DNA of 34,552 nt from Catajapyx aquilonaris (Eukaryota): NCBI GenBank assembly GCA_000934665.2, contig JYFJ02004148.1:1-34552 (forward strand), written 5' to 3'. Position 1 is the stretch's first letter; every line of letters begins with the position of its first letter. The notes beneath the pieces were generated by a model. It was not told where the DNA came from. It did not search any database and saw only the letters and a program-made list of their open reading frames with translations. Both the position numbers and the translations under genes were made by a program. Positions 34,212 to 34,552 of this stretch are shown piece by piece.

Positions 34212-34552
34212 CAGTAAAACTTCTATAAGTCGAATCTCCATGGGACCGGGAAAAAACTTCGAGTTATAGAAGATTCGAGTTAGAGAAGTTTGGAGTTTTT
34301 GAAGCACCGAACTCTATAAGGAAGCCTACCTTTATATCCAGCGACAAAAGGTGTTCAAAACTTAAAAATAACTGTCACTATCACCCTTACAATGTTCCTC
34401 ATTGTTTTGTTGTGAAAAAATGTCCTTTATGGACATTTGCCTACTCTTAGATTCAAGGATTCAATTGTCACAATCGAGTCAAACACTTCTTTCGGTACAT
34501 CTGGTAGATGGAGATCAGGAAATTGAGCCTTTCTGTACATGTGGCCTACTCT
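34212..34552. mobile_element. Tigger/pogo-like element, one end only
   Basis: TA-CAGTAAAACTTCTATAAGTCGAA...GGGACCGGG...TTCGAGTTA repeats; same architecture as the right end of 13935-14536. Confidence 0.6.

Overview
Eukaryotic genomic DNA from an arthropod, most likely a hemimetabolous insect (inferred from TTAGG repeats, tRNA-derived SINEs, and CpG-decayed transposons). It is not prokaryotic, and no CRISPR array or operon is present. Two host genes lie on the minus strand. (1) A USP22/nonstop orthologue (SAGA deubiquitinase) with seven GT-AG coding exons from 21060 to 2900 that splice in frame (1550 nt); the His-box exon(s) must lie beyond the left edge. (2) The terminal coding exon of Hrs/HGS (ends TAELISFD*) near the right edge. 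Most of the rest is a dense, often nested set of non-autonomous transposons: Tc1/mariner, pogo/Tigger/Fot1-like, Harbinger-like, Kolobok-like and Sola-like MITEs, several tRNA-SINEs, RTE LINE 3' ends and a decayed RLE-type retrotransposon. The most intriguing host signal is the USP22 5' end: a four-tract G-quadruplex motif, then a strong-context 26-codon uORF whose stop overlaps the first in-frame ATG (ATGA), then a poly-Gly extension and a second ATG at the conserved N-terminus. Coordinates and family calls were read by eye without database searches.
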